Position numbers and translations under genes: made by a program
Shown here: positions 38,974-49,912 of the stretch, one piece after another
How the letters are laid out: every line of letters begins with the position of its first letter
Numbering within the stretch: the stretch's first letter is position 1
Source: Candidatus Kapaibacterium sp.
GTDB taxonomy: Bacteria > Bacteroidota > Ignavibacteria > Kapaibacteriales > UBA2268
Direction: 5' to 3'
Assembly: GCA_963665665.1 (NCBI GenBank)
Contig: OY762428.1
Span: 1,733,200-1,797,199 of the forward strand
Length of the DNA: 64,000 bases
The notes under the pieces: generated by a model
Told to the model about the DNA's origin: nothing
Seen by the model: only the letters and a program-made list of their open reading frames with translations
Databases searched by the model: none

Positions 38974-39142
38974 ACATCATCAGCTTATGAGACAGCCTCC
39001 TTTTGCTCTTAGCCATCCCCTTCGGGAAGACGACAGTCTTTTCGAGGGTTTGGGAGGGATCAAGTGTAAGAGACTTATTAAATTTTCAAAAATTTCAATA
39101 CAATTTCTATAAACCTTCGGAAGGTTAATCTAAAAATTTCTA

Positions 39143-40168
39143 TCAATATCTTGTATTCTTGATCAATACCGAGGAATAATCATTCAGAGATTCCAGGGCT
39201 TTTCCTGTTCCGCGAGCAACGGCAAAGAGTGGTTCTTCGGCAACATTTACCGGAAGGCTGGTTTCGCGCCTGAGCCTTTCGTCAAGTCCTTTCAGCAATG
39301 CACCGCCGCCGGAAAGCATAATACCGCGGTCGAAAATATCAGCCGATAGTTCCGGTGGAGTTTTCTCCAAAAGGCTGCGAACGGCATCAACTATCTCTGA
39401 AACTGCCTCGGAAAGGGCTTCCCTGATATCAACCGATGTAACCTGGATCATTCTCGGGAAACCTGAAACCAGGTCGCGTCCCTTCACTTCAATCTCGATT
39501 TCTTCTTCCAGTTCCACAGCCGAGCCAACTTCACATTTTATCATCTCGGCAGTTCTGTCGCCGATCAGGATATTGTGCTGCCTGCGGAAATACTGCACGA
39601 TAGATTCCGTCATCTCGTCGCCGGCCACCCTGATGGATTTGTCGCTGACTATACCGGAAAGAGCAATCACGGCAATTTCTGTTGTACCGCCGCCGATATC
39701 AACTATCATGTTGCCAATCGGCTCATGCACGTTCAGCCCGATACCGATTGCAGCAGCCATAGGTTCCGCAATCAGGTGTACTTCTTTGGCACCGGCATGC
39801 TCGCAACTGTCCCTTACAGCGCGTTTTTCCACCTCGGTAAGCCCCGAGGGAACGCAGACCACAACCCTGCGCGCGGGCTGCCAGCTAAGCGATACCTTGC
39901 GGATAAAAGCCCTGAGCATACCTTCTGTAATTTCGAAGTCGGCGATAGCGCCGTCCCGTAGGGGACGAATAATTTTAATATCTTTATGTGTTTTACCCAC
40001 CATAGCCTGCGCTTCGCGCCCGATAGCGATAATATGCTTGCTGGAACGGTCGAAAGCAACAATGGATGGTTCGTTCAATACTATATTTTTCCCTTTCATC
40101 CAGATAAGGGTATTGGCGGTGCCAAGGTCAATTGCTACGTCATTGGAGAAGAATCTGAAAGAAGCCAT
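39143..40168 (-). CDS. mreB: Rod shape-determining protein MreB (actin homologue)
   Basis: N-terminus DVAIDLGTANTLIWMKGKNIVLNEPSIVAF and the motif DIGGGTTEIAVIALSGIV are typical of MreB. Confidence 0.9.
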   Translation of the reverse strand: MASFRFFSNDVAIDLGTANTLIWMKGKNIVLNEPSIVAFDRSSKHIIAIGREAQAMVGKTHKDIKIIRPLRDGAIADFEITEGMLRAFIRKVSLSWQPARRVVVCVPSGLTEVEKRAVRDSCEHAGAKEVHLIAEPMAAAIGIGLNVHEPIGNMIVDIGGGTTEIAVIALSGIVSDKSIRVAGDEMTESIVQYFRRQHNILIGDRTAEMIKCEVGSAVELEEEIEIEVKGRDLVSGFPRMIQVTSVDIREALSEAVSEIVDAVRSLLEKTPPELSADIFDRGIMLSGGGALLKGLDERLRRETSLPVNVAEEPLFAVARGTGKALESLNDYSSVLIKNTRY

Positions 40169-40869
40169 GAATTTATCGTTTCGTTATTATGTTTCAAAAA
40201 TGCTTTTATTCCATTTACAAAAATAACAGAATTATGAGAGTTTTTTTAATCTAAATACAATATAAATGAAAAAATTTATAATAATAAGTGATAATCAAGA
40301 ATTGTGGAGCTATAGTTTAGGCAAAAGAAAGGATTTTTAAAGAAATAAGGCATGGGAGGTTTGGAGTAAATTCGGATTTTACATCTGAATGGTTTTGATT
40401 GAAATTTAATATTCCGAATTGTTCATTGAATAGAATATTGATGTCAATAATTATTAAATTCGGATCAATTTTTCTCGAGATTATCTTATATGTATTCAAA
40501 TAACCTGAATCTGAAGTAACAAAATAAAAAATTGATTCATCGCAATCGGATTGAGCAAAAAGTATAGAATCATTGGGAATTATAGCTCGGAATTGCTTCA
40601 ACACAGGCCATCCTGCTCGATCCAGGAATGCCTACTAATACTTTCACGGGTATTCTCTCTTTGTTGTTTCTGTCTGTCAGCTACAAATGCTTTCCGTTAT
40701 AGTCAACATACATCTTATCGCCGTCCTTGTGCTAAAAATGCGTTACCGACTGCTTCTTTTGCAGTTTGTTGTTCAGGTGTGCAGAACCGGGTATAGTTAT
40801 AGCCTCCGGGGATTTCCTTTTTATATTCTATCCATTATAAGAATTTGTTCACGCTCGTTTTTGTCAGCC

Positions 40870-41118
40870 CTATCCCAAATACATGAAAATTATTTGCAGG
40901 GTCGGCATAGCTATCTTCAGGGGGCATATCTGCTTATGGAATAAATTAAATAATTCGTCATTGCTCATATTACTTATGCCAGAATAGTTTATTCCTGCCG
41001 AACCTGCCAGTACCAGGCAGCGGCTCAATGTTTTCCTCGATACTCCTGCTATAGTTGATGTTTTACTTTTACTTACCTTCACTCTGCCGAGCCTTAATAT
41101 CTGTCTTATATCAATCAT
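40870..41118 (-). pseudogene. IS21-family IstA-like transposase N-terminal HTH fragment (remnant)
   Basis: MIDIRQILRLGRVKVSKSKTSTIAGVSRKTLSRCL resembles the IstA N-terminal HTH. The ORF is only 82 aa with no DDE domain downstream. Confidence 0.3.
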
Positions 41119-42220
41119 ACTGAAACTCGTTTTAGCAATAATTGTTTCCTGTTATGTGAATTGTTTTTTTATCATGGGGATTAGCATTATTCGTGCAATT
41201 TTTGGCTAAAAAAAACGGGCCTTTACTGCGAAATAAACATAGAACATCCTCCGAAACAAGGTTGGACTTTGAAGCGAAATATACAGCTAAACCCTCCTTT
41301 CTTCTTCATACCCCCGTGCCCTCTCATTCATAAGCCGTGGACAGCCATAGTTTCAATTTCCTGCTTCCCGGGTTGCACTTTGGAATTCTGAAGCTCATAT
41401 CCAAAGTAGAACTTTGCAGGAAATATTCCTTCCCAGGTACAACTTGGGAAGGAGGCTTTAAGGGTGTATTGTCATTCTGAGCGCCAGCGAAGAATCCATT
41501 CTTAATACCTAATCTGCAAAGAAAGATGGATTCTTCGGTCGCTTCGCTTCGTCAGAATGACGGATGGAAATGTCCCCCGCTGGCGGGGGTGGATTCTTAA
41601 AATTCCCCTCGTTGAGGGGTGGCGAGCGCAGCGAGTTCCCGACACGTCGGGACAGGCAGGGGTGGATTCTTTTTCCGTAACCTCCCTTATCCACGAGCTA
41701 AAGCACGTGGCTATTGAATTTGACGATTATAAGGCTGGGATGTCATTCTGAGCGCCAGCGAAGAATCCATTCTTAATACCTAATCTGCAAAGAAAGATGG
41801 ATTCTTCACTTTGTTCAGAATGACGGATGGGAATGTCCCCCGCTGGCGGGGGTGGATTCTTAAAATTCCCCTCGTTGAGGGGTGGCGAGCGCAGCGAGTT
41901 CCCGACACGTCGGGACAGGCAGGGGTGGATTCTTCACACACTATCTGCAAAGAAAGATGGATTCTTCGGTCGCTTCGCTCCGTCAGAATGACAACATAAC
42001 ACCTCATTCTTTTGCTCAGTTTACCCGTTCTTCCACCCAAATGAACAGGCCGCCGGCCTTAATTCCCCAACCTGTGGTTTCAATGAATCGGATAATTTCC
42101 TTATTTCAATGCTGTTTTTAATCAAAACCATGATGTTTGGGCTAATTGCTTTGTTGGCAGGGCTTTAAACTGCCTTGGCCGGAGTTATTGAACTACTGTT
42201 TGGCCTTAATGTAGTGAAAT

Positions 42221-42865
42221 TTGGCCTCATTGAACACTTGGTTGACCTTATTGAACACTTGGTTGACCTTACTGAACACTTGGTTGACCTTATTGAACAC
42301 TTGGTTGACCTTACTGAACACTTGGTTGACCTTACTGAACACTTGGTTGACCTTACTGAACACTTGGTTGACCTTACTGAACATGTTCTTTGCCTCCGAC
42401 CAAGAGTTCAATGACTTCGACCAAGGCGTCAATAAAGCAAAACATTGCTGCAATAGTGTCGACCAAGAGTTCATTATCTTCAAACATCAGTACAATGATT
42501 TGAAACAAGGCAGCAATAACTTCGAACAAGGCAGCAATGACTCCGACCAAGGCATCAATGACTTCAACCAAGGCGTCAATAACTTCAACCAAGGCATCAA
42601 TAACTCCAAACAAGGCATCAATGACTTCGACCAAGGCATCAATAACTCCGACCAAGGCATCAATAAAGCAAAACATTGCTGCAATAGGTGCAAACAAGAG
42701 TTCATTATCTTCAAACAAGGCGGCAATAAAGCAAAACATTGGTGCAATGACTTCAACCAAGGCAGCAATAAAGCAAAACATTGCTGCAATAGTGTCGAAC
42801 AAGACCTCAATACCTCTGACCCCTCCCAAACCCTCCCCGAAGGAGAGGGCTTTGAAGAAGAATAA
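42221..42865 (+). CDS. Candidate heptad-repeat / Q-N-rich repeat protein (frame uncertain; all six frames open across the 21-bp arrays)
   Basis: 214-aa ORF spanning both arrays: MASLNTWLTLL x7 followed by DQGINNF-type 7-aa repeats and NKAKHCCN x4. It may be non-coding satellite DNA. Confidence 0.25.
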   Translation: MASLNTWLTLLNTWLTLLNTWLTLLNTWLTLLNTWLTLLNTWLTLLNTWLTLLNMFFASDQEFNDFDQGVNKAKHCCNSVDQEFIIFKHQYNDLKQGSNNFEQGSNDSDQGINDFNQGVNNFNQGINNSKQGINDFDQGINNSDQGINKAKHCCNRCKQEFIIFKQGGNKAKHWCNDFNQGSNKAKHCCNSVEQDLNTSDPSQTLPEGEGFEEE

Positions 42866-43616
42866 GGCGGCAATGAGTTAGAACATCAGTGCAATAACTT
42901 AGACCAAGGCAGTAATAGGTTAAACCATTGGTGCTTTGCTTTCGACACTTTCTACCTCCCCCCGCCCCCCTCCTTCAAAAGGAGGGGGAGTTAATTCTAT
43001 GATATTTAACTTCTTATCCCCTCCTCGGGGAGGAGGGGAATAAAGGGGTGGTTTTCTTGCTTTGCTTTGGGTCAGGGCACATTTATCCACGCGCTAAAGC
43101 ACCTGGCCATTGAATTTGACGATTATAAGGCTGGGATGTAATCCTGAGCACCAGTGAAGAATCCATTCTTAATACCTAATCTGCAAAGAAAGATGGATTC
43201 TTCACTTTGTTCAGAATGACGGATGGGAATGTCCCCCGCTGGCGGGGGTGGATTCTTAAAATTCCCCTCGTTGAGGGGTGGCGAGCGCAGCGAGTTCCCG
43301 ACACGTCGGGACAGGCAGGGGTGGATTCTTCACACACTATCTGCAAAGAAAGATGGATTCTTCGGTCGCTTCGCTCCGTCAGAATGACAACATAACACCT
43401 CATTCTTTTGCTCAGTTTACCCGTTCTTCCACCCAAATGAACAGGCCGCCGGCCTTAATTCCCCAACCTGTGGTTTCAATGAATCGGATAATTTCCTTAT
43501 TTCAATGCTGTTTTTAATCAAAACCATGATGTTTGGGCTAATTGCTTTGTTGGCAGGGCTTTAAACTGCCTTGGCCGGAGTTATTGAACTACTGTTTGGC
43601 CTTAATGTAGTGAAAT

Positions 43617-44282
43617 TTGGCCTCATTGAACACTTGGTTGACCTTATTGAACACTTGGTTGACCTTACTGAACACTTGGTTGACCTTATTGAACACTTGG
43701 TTGACCTTACTGAACACTTGGTTGACCTTACTGAACACTTGGTTGACCTTACTGAACACTTGGTTGACCTTACTGAACACTTGGTTGACCTTACTGAACA
43801 TGTTCTTTGCCTCCGACCAAGAGTTCAATGACTTCGACCAAGGCGTCAATAAAGCAAAACATTGCTGCAATAGTGTCGACCAAGAGTTCATTATCTTCAA
43901 ACATCAGTACAATGATTTGAAACAAGGCAGCAATAACTTCGAACAAGGCAGCAATGACTCCGACCAAGGCATCAATGACTTCAACCAAGGCGTCAATAAC
44001 TTCAACCAAGGCATCAATAACTCCAAACAAGGCATCAATGACTTCGACCAAGGCATCAATAACTCCGACCAAGGCATCAATAAAGCAAAACATTGCTGCA
44101 ATAGGTGCAAACAAGAGTTCATTATCTTCAAACAAGGCGGCAATAAAGCAAAACATTGGTGCAATGACTTCAACCAAGGCAGCAATAAAGCAAAACATTG
44201 CTGCAATAGTGTCGAACAAGACCTCAATACCTCTGACCCCTCCCAAACCCTCCCCGAAGGAGAGGGCTTTGAAGAAGAATAA
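43617..44282 (+). CDS. Second tandem copy of the candidate repeat protein (221 aa; one extra heptad)
   Basis: Identical to 42221-42865 except for one additional 21-bp unit. Confidence 0.25.
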   Translation: MASLNTWLTLLNTWLTLLNTWLTLLNTWLTLLNTWLTLLNTWLTLLNTWLTLLNTWLTLLNMFFASDQEFNDFDQGVNKAKHCCNSVDQEFIIFKHQYNDLKQGSNNFEQGSNDSDQGINDFNQGVNNFNQGINNSKQGINDFDQGINNSDQGINKAKHCCNRCKQEFIIFKQGGNKAKHWCNDFNQGSNKAKHCCNSVEQDLNTSDPSQTLPEGEGFEEE

Positions 44283-44765
44283 GGCGGCAATGAGTTAGAA
44301 CATCAGTGCAATAACTTAGACCAAGGCAGTAATAGGTTAAACCATTGGTGCTTTGCTTTCGACACTTCCTACCTCCCCCCGCCCCCCTCCTTCAAAAGGA
44401 GGGGAAGTTAATTCTATGATATTTAACTTCTTATCCCCTCCTAAAGTAGGAGGGGAATACAGGGGTGGTTTTCTTGCTTTGCTTCCGGTCAGGGCACATT
44501 TATCCACGCGCTAAAGCACCTGGCCATTGAATTTGACGATTATAAGGCTGGGATGTAATCCTGAGCACCAGTGAAGAATCCATTCTTCACACACTATCTA
44601 ACTAAAGAAGATGGATTCTTCCGTCGCTTCGCTCCGTCAGAATAACAGATGAAGAGTACGCTGCTGCCATGCAGAAAATGTGATGGAATATTATCATTAC
44701 ATAATCATCTTATAATCTATTACCTGCTTACAATTATATATTACATTGAACCGTTCATAGTTATT

Positions 44766-46202
44766 ATGAAAATATTAGTAACCGGCGCTACAGGATATAT
44801 CGGAAAAAGGCTGATCCCTATTTTATTACAAAAGGGACATAATGTGATATGTGCTGTCAGGAATGTATCCAGATGGATTAAATATGATATGCCTGAGGGA
44901 AATATAACACCTGTTGAAATTGATTTTCTTGATTCTCCCGAAAACTATCCCGAAATTGAAGCTGATGCTGCTTATTATCTGATTCATTCCATGAGCAGTT
45001 CACTGAATGAATTCCGGGAAATGGAAGAACGAACAGCACGCAATTTCAAACAATTTGCTGTTAAAGGCAGGGTTCGACAGGTAATTTACCTGAGCGGTAT
45101 TGCAAATGAGAACGAATTATCAGAACACCTGCAATCACGAAAAAACACAGAAGACATTTTAAAATCTGATAAATACTCTTTGACGGTACTTCGTGCAGGA
45201 ATAATTGTCGGGTCGGGTTCCGCCTCTTTTGAAATAATCCGCGACCTGGTAGAGAAACTGCCGTTTATGATAACACCAAAATGGCTGAACACAAAAATAC
45301 AGCCAATTGCCATCAGGGATGTGCTGAAATATTTAGTTATGACGATTGAAAATCCGGAATTCAAAAACAGAACCCTGGATATTGGCGGGCCGGATATTAT
45401 GACATATAAAGAAATGCTGATGGGATTCGCAGAAGTCAGGCAGTTGAAAAGAATGATCATAACATTGCCTGTTATGACTCCGAGATTATCTTCCTACTGG
45501 CTTTATTTTGTCACGTCAGTTTCGTACAAGCTTGCCGTGAACCTTGTTAAAAGTATGAAAATAGAAGTTGTATGCCGTGATAACACTGCTGCGGAACTAT
45601 CCGGATTCGAACATATTTCTTATAAAGACTCGGTAAAGCTGGCATTCACAAAAATCGAAAATCATGAAGTTCCGTCCAGTTGGAAGGATTCGCTTGTAAG
45701 CAGTTCTGCCAATCCCTCATTTATGAACAGGGTATCGGTTCCCAGGCATGGCTGTTTTAAGGATATTCAAAGTATAAGGATAATTGACAGAGAAAAAACT
45801 ATACAAAACATCTTCTCCATTGGCGGTGATAATGGCTGGTACTACCTGAATTTTCTATGGTCAATAAGAGGATTCTTAGATAAACTTCTTGGCGGCGTCG
45901 GGTTGAGAAGGGGCCGGACTGATACTGAACATATCTCGTCAGGTGATGCACTTGATTTCTGGCGTGTACTTTATGCAGACAAACAGGCAGGCCGGCTTTT
46001 ACTCTATGCTGAAATGAAACTACCCGGCGAGGCCTGGCTGGAATTCAGAATTGAAGGCGAGGGCAAACGGCAATATCTGGTTCAGGAAGCAACATTTCGC
46101 CCGAAGGGATTATCGGGCAGAATGTACTGGTATTCTATGCTACCGTTTCATTTTTTTGTTTTCTCGGGTATGGCAGCTGCTATTGCTTCAGAAAAAAATT
46201 AA
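44766..46202 (+). CDS. NAD(P)-binding epimerase/dehydratase-like (SDR superfamily) protein with C-terminal DUF2867 domain
   Basis: MKILVTGATGYIGKRLIPILLQKGHNV is a Rossmann GxxGxxG motif. The C-terminus (LLLYAEMKLPGEAWLEFRIE...GLSGRMYWYSMLPFHFFVF) resembles DUF2867. Confidence 0.65.
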   Translation: MKILVTGATGYIGKRLIPILLQKGHNVICAVRNVSRWIKYDMPEGNITPVEIDFLDSPENYPEIEADAAYYLIHSMSSSLNEFREMEERTARNFKQFAVKGRVRQVIYLSGIANENELSEHLQSRKNTEDILKSDKYSLTVLRAGIIVGSGSASFEIIRDLVEKLPFMITPKWLNTKIQPIAIRDVLKYLVMTIENPEFKNRTLDIGGPDIMTYKEMLMGFAEVRQLKRMIITLPVMTPRLSSYWLYFVTSVSYKLAVNLVKSMKIEVVCRDNTAAELSGFEHISYKDSVKLAFTKIENHEVPSSWKDSLVSSSANPSFMNRVSVPRHGCFKDIQSIRIIDREKTIQNIFSIGGDNGWYYLNFLWSIRGFLDKLLGGVGLRRGRTDTEHISSGDALDFWRVLYADKQAGRLLLYAEMKLPGEAWLEFRIEGEGKRQYLVQEATFRPKGLSGRMYWYSMLPFHFFVFSGMAAAIASEKN

Positions 46203-46410
46203 AGCCATCTCATACTAAAACCGGAATGTATCAATTTATAATTACAGATTAATAAGCTGAATTATTAATAATTCAGCCTGCAGCCTGAAATAATTATCTG
46301 ATCTACTATATAATTGCAGCAAGCATCATTCCTGGAAAATCAAAGCTGAAATTACACGTCAAAAAGTATTAAGTAGTTTGTTATTAAATTTTTACAAATA
46401 AGGATAATAT

Positions 46411-47004
46411 ATGAACGATTTTTGGAACAAAAGATATTCAGATAAAAATTACGCTTATGGCAAAGAACCGAATAAATATTTTAAAAAGTTTATTGACAAA
46501 CTCAGCCCGGGTAAAATACTGCTCCCCGCAGATGGCGAAGGCAGGAATTCTGTATATGCTGCCGAACGTGGCTGGGATGTATATGCTTATGACGGCAGCA
46601 GCGAAGGGCAAAAAAAAGCATTGCTGCTTGCCGAAGAAAAAAATGTGAAAATTGAATATAAAGTATCAGATGTACAGGATTATAAAACAAATGAAACCTT
46701 TGATGTCATTTCCACTGTGTTCCTGCACCTCCCACCGGATACCAGGGCGGGATTCCATTCAACGCTGCCATCGTTTATAAGGCCCGGCGGTGAAATTCAT
46801 ATACTTGGATTTTCAAAAAAACAAATTGAAAACAATACAGGTGGGCCAAAGAATATTGATTGGCTCTATTCATCTGAAATGTTGACCCGGGACTTCCAGG
46901 ATCTGAAAATAATTAAATGCATTGATTTTGAAGATCCAATCAGCGAAGGGCCACATCATTCCGGGCCTGCCGCAATGATTGAATTTATTGCCGTGAAGCA
47001 ATAG
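46411..47004 (+). CDS. Class I SAM-dependent methyltransferase
   Basis: LLPADGEGRNSVYAAERGWDVYAYDGS motif I-like and FDVISTVFLHLP motif II-like. Confidence 0.5.
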   Translation: MNDFWNKRYSDKNYAYGKEPNKYFKKFIDKLSPGKILLPADGEGRNSVYAAERGWDVYAYDGSSEGQKKALLLAEEKNVKIEYKVSDVQDYKTNETFDVISTVFLHLPPDTRAGFHSTLPSFIRPGGEIHILGFSKKQIENNTGGPKNIDWLYSSEMLTRDFQDLKIIKCIDFEDPISEGPHHSGPAAMIEFIAVKQ

Positions 47005-47389
47005 TAAAAAGCATTTTAAAAATATTTTCAACGTTTTGTGATCCTCAAAAAGGGAGTAGTATGAAATACAAGATAATTTTAATTGAATTTTATATTATAA
47101 TACCCTTTCTAATTCAAATCAGTTACACGAATCCCAAAGCAATATTCAGGAACAGATTCCGCAGCAGTCAGAGTTCCTTTTTTCGTGGATTCGCCCCGCA
47201 ATGTTAGCCTGATAAATATCTTGTGGTTTTGCTCATAAAAACCAGGCCTAACGAATTCATGCCTTGATGTTTTTCAATAACAGCTGTTCGGGATCAACTA
47301 AATGCCCGGGGATTTTTATATTATTGCAAAATAATATCTTTACTTTTTCAATTCTTTTTTTTAATATTAGCAATCTTTAATTGTGATAA

Positions 47390-49570
47390 TTGAAAGGTAT
47401 CCCTATGAGAATTCCCTTACGAACTTCGAAATGTATATTCCGGATTATTCCTTTTTTACTTTTTTTCATCCATATCAGCTTGTCGGCACAGGATCCGAGA
47501 TATATCAACACCAAAGACCATTCTGTTCTGATAAATGCCTTAGCGAATGAAGCGGACAATTCAATAACCCTGAGTTGGCTGGAGAATGACCTGGAACTGG
47601 GATATAAAATTGAAAGAAGAAAGCTCGGAGCCTCCTATTTCCCGATATCGCCACTGGCAGAGCTGGAAGGAAAGATTCATGAATTTGTTGATAATGGTGT
47701 TGAACCTGGGCAAATTTATGAATATAAGATTACCGGCCTTCGCAATGGCTCTGTATCTCTTACCTTTGAAAGACAGGACGGAACTGAATTCGATTCGGCT
47801 GTTGCATTTAATTTCAATTCCTACGGCTATATTCTTGCAGGAGTAAAAGCAGTTAGCGATAATCAGACTGGCAGGCTGCTTTTGCTTGTTGATGAAACAA
47901 TTGCCGAACCTTTGCAAGCTGAAATTGAACGATACAAAATTCAGGCAGCCAACGAAGGCTGGGATGTTGTCAGCCGTGAAGTCCCGAGAACTGAAAAATT
48001 TGACGGGAACGCCGTTGTTCAGGTAAAATCAGTGATACTGGATGTATATACTGAATATCAGGATCTTAGCCATATATTTATTCTCGGCAGGGTGGCAGTC
48101 CCCTATTCGGGCAGAATCAATCCCGACGCACACAAAAATCATATTGGTGCCTGGCCTGCTGATGTTTATTACGGAATTGCCTACGACAACAACTGGAAAG
48201 ATCAGACAATATATGATACTTCCGCTTCACGCCAACAAAACAGGAACATACCCGGCGACGGAAAATTCGACATATCAATGCTTAGTACCGCGATAGTTAA
48301 TTTCGCCGTGGGCAGGGTTGATTTTTATGACATGCCGGAGTTTGAAGAAAATGAGATCGAACTTCTCCGGAACTATCTTGACAAGAACTATCAATACAGA
48401 ACCGGTAATACCGCTTATCAGACACGCGGCCTTGTTGATGACAACTTCGGTGCCAAAAAATATCTGGAAGGCTTCGGATCAAGCGGCTGGAGAAATCTTG
48501 CGTCTCTTTGCGGAAAAGACAATGTAGTTTCGCTTGACTGGTTTACTACACTTGAAGAACAGTCATATCTGTGGGCTTACGGTTGCGGTGGCGGCACATA
48601 TATTAAAGCCGGAGGAATAGGATTTACGGAGAACTTTGCAAACGCCCCCGCCGTGAATGCTGTTTTCACTATGCTTTTCGGATCTTATTTCGGAGACTGG
48701 GATTCTCAGAACAATTTTCTAAGGGCATCACTTGCATCGAAACCTTCGATTCTGACATGTGCCTGGGCCGGTAGGCCGCCCTGGTATTTTCACCACATGG
48801 CAGCTGGTATGAATATTGGTTTTTCTACTGTGCTTTCGCAAACAAATTCCACTGAATACCTGCCAAATGGTTACTTCCTGAATGGCCCGAATGGAAATGC
48901 AAGCGTTCAGCAATACGGCACTAAGCAGGTACACGCAGCCCTGATGGGCGACCCTACACTGAGAATGTTTATGGGAAATAAAGCCCCGGAAAATTTCAAA
49001 GTTACTAGCAATGAAAACGGTACTGCTCTTCTTACCTGGAACAGCCCCGATGGTGTTTCTGATGATCACTATTTTGATGTTTACCAGGACTATCTGCCTG
49101 ATAACGAAAGTTTTGAAAAAATTAATATTGAACCTGTCAGAACAAATAGCTTTGATATTGGTTATGAAACCGACGGAGACTATAAATTCAAACTTGTACT
49201 GATGGAACTTAAGGAAACCAATACCGGATCGTTCTACATGCAGGGAGAATGCAGCACAGTGCAGGCCACCCTGCTTGACGTGCCTGAAGACGAGAGGGCA
49301 AACAGCCTGATATCCCAACCTAATCCTGCCACGGATAATTCTACAATTACAATAAGCATGGCCAATCCCGCCGAACTAAGGGTTGTGGTTTATGATATTG
49401 CGGGTTTGCCTGTAAAAACACTGTTCGGCGGCAGGAAAGCGGCAGGAAGCCATAGTATAGCCTGGTCTCTTACTGATGATGGCGGACACAAGCTTCCCGC
49501 AGGAGTTTACTTTATACATTATTCAATCGGAAGCCAAAGCGGTTCTGAAAAGATAGTAATATTAAGGTAG
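47390..49570 (+). CDS. T9SS-sorted secreted protein with N-terminal FN3 domain; possible C25 (gingipain-like) peptidase-like middle region
   Basis: Signal peptide, FN3-like region (ITLSWLENDLELGYKIERRK...IYEYKI), and a C-terminal T9SS CTD (VVVYDIAGLPVKTLF...GVYFIHYS...KIVILR). The peptidase assignment is weak. Confidence 0.45.
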   Translation: MKGIPMRIPLRTSKCIFRIIPFLLFFIHISLSAQDPRYINTKDHSVLINALANEADNSITLSWLENDLELGYKIERRKLGASYFPISPLAELEGKIHEFVDNGVEPGQIYEYKITGLRNGSVSLTFERQDGTEFDSAVAFNFNSYGYILAGVKAVSDNQTGRLLLLVDETIAEPLQAEIERYKIQAANEGWDVVSREVPRTEKFDGNAVVQVKSVILDVYTEYQDLSHIFILGRVAVPYSGRINPDAHKNHIGAWPADVYYGIAYDNNWKDQTIYDTSASRQQNRNIPGDGKFDISMLSTAIVNFAVGRVDFYDMPEFEENEIELLRNYLDKNYQYRTGNTAYQTRGLVDDNFGAKKYLEGFGSSGWRNLASLCGKDNVVSLDWFTTLEEQSYLWAYGCGGGTYIKAGGIGFTENFANAPAVNAVFTMLFGSYFGDWDSQNNFLRASLASKPSILTCAWAGRPPWYFHHMAAGMNIGFSTVLSQTNSTEYLPNGYFLNGPNGNASVQQYGTKQVHAALMGDPTLRMFMGNKAPENFKVTSNENGTALLTWNSPDGVSDDHYFDVYQDYLPDNESFEKINIEPVRTNSFDIGYETDGDYKFKLVLMELKETNTGSFYMQGECSTVQATLLDVPEDERANSLISQPNPATDNSTITISMANPAELRVVVYDIAGLPVKTLFGGRKAAGSHSIAWSLTDDGGHKLPAGVYFIHYSIGSQSGSEKIVILR

Positions 49571-49676
49571 CTCATCTTTCCGATATTGATACAATTTTAT
49601 CAGGATTATGTATGTATCGTAACCATTCGGACTGTGTTAAACTAATTGAATATTTTACAAAATAACAGCTGAAAAG

Positions 49677-49784
49677 TGTCATTCCCCGATAAATCGGGGC
49701 AGGCTTCCGCATTTTGCGAGTGAAGAATCCACGTAATATGCAGAATATGTTGAAGAATGGATACTTCGCTTTGCTCAGTATGAC
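49677..49784. repeat. MITE/REP-like palindromic element
   Basis: gtgtcattccccgataaatcggggcaggcttccgc...gagtgaagaatcc...ttgaagaatggatacttcgctttgctcagtatgac. Confidence 0.55.
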
Positions 49785-49912
49785 TGCTTTCTACAATTTA
49801 TCAGATTTATATTGTTCAGCTGAACAGCAACAATGATTTTAATAATATAGCTTGCATATTTGATCATGATAATTATATTTTGCAGGAATATTTTATTAAA
49901 GGATAAAAATAC

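Larger units (their letters stand above)
41470..44645. repeat. Complex nested repeat region: MITE-like palindromes, GC-hairpin arrays and a tandem duplication (41691-43086 = 1396 bp; 43087-44503 = 1417 bp; partial third copy 44504-44645) containing two 21-bp periodic arrays
   Basis: ORF pairs are offset by exactly 1396 or 1417 bp. The arrays are GAACACTTGGTTGACCTTA(C/T)T (7 units in copy 1, 8 in copy 2) and CAAGGCATCAATAACTTCGAC-like units. Confidence 0.85.

Noticed and set aside
39573-40237. Plus-strand ORFs (217, 128 and 83 aa) overlapping mreB
   Set aside because: They are antisense to mreB.
41557-42121. ORFs 41557-41751, 41780-42040, 41811-41999, 41882-42121 (and their duplicates at 43176-43517) encoding MTDGNVPRWRGW...-type peptides
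   Set aside because: They are translations across palindromic MITE arms and GC hairpin arrays on both strands. They are duplicated only because the DNA repeat is duplicated, and they have no start or stop context or domain similarity.
42230-42400. Considered a CRISPR array (regular 21-bp and 11-bp direct repeats here and at 16361-16439)
   Set aside because: The units are contiguous tandem repeats with no unique spacers and no cas genes. These are satellite-like arrays, not CRISPR.
42175-42881. Six overlapping ORFs in all frames and both strands over the 21-bp arrays (79, 96, 151, 128 and 114 aa), plus copies in the second tandem unit
   Set aside because: They cannot all be real. The frames stay open purely because the repeat period is a multiple of 3. 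Only the longest plus-strand ORF is listed, at low confidence.
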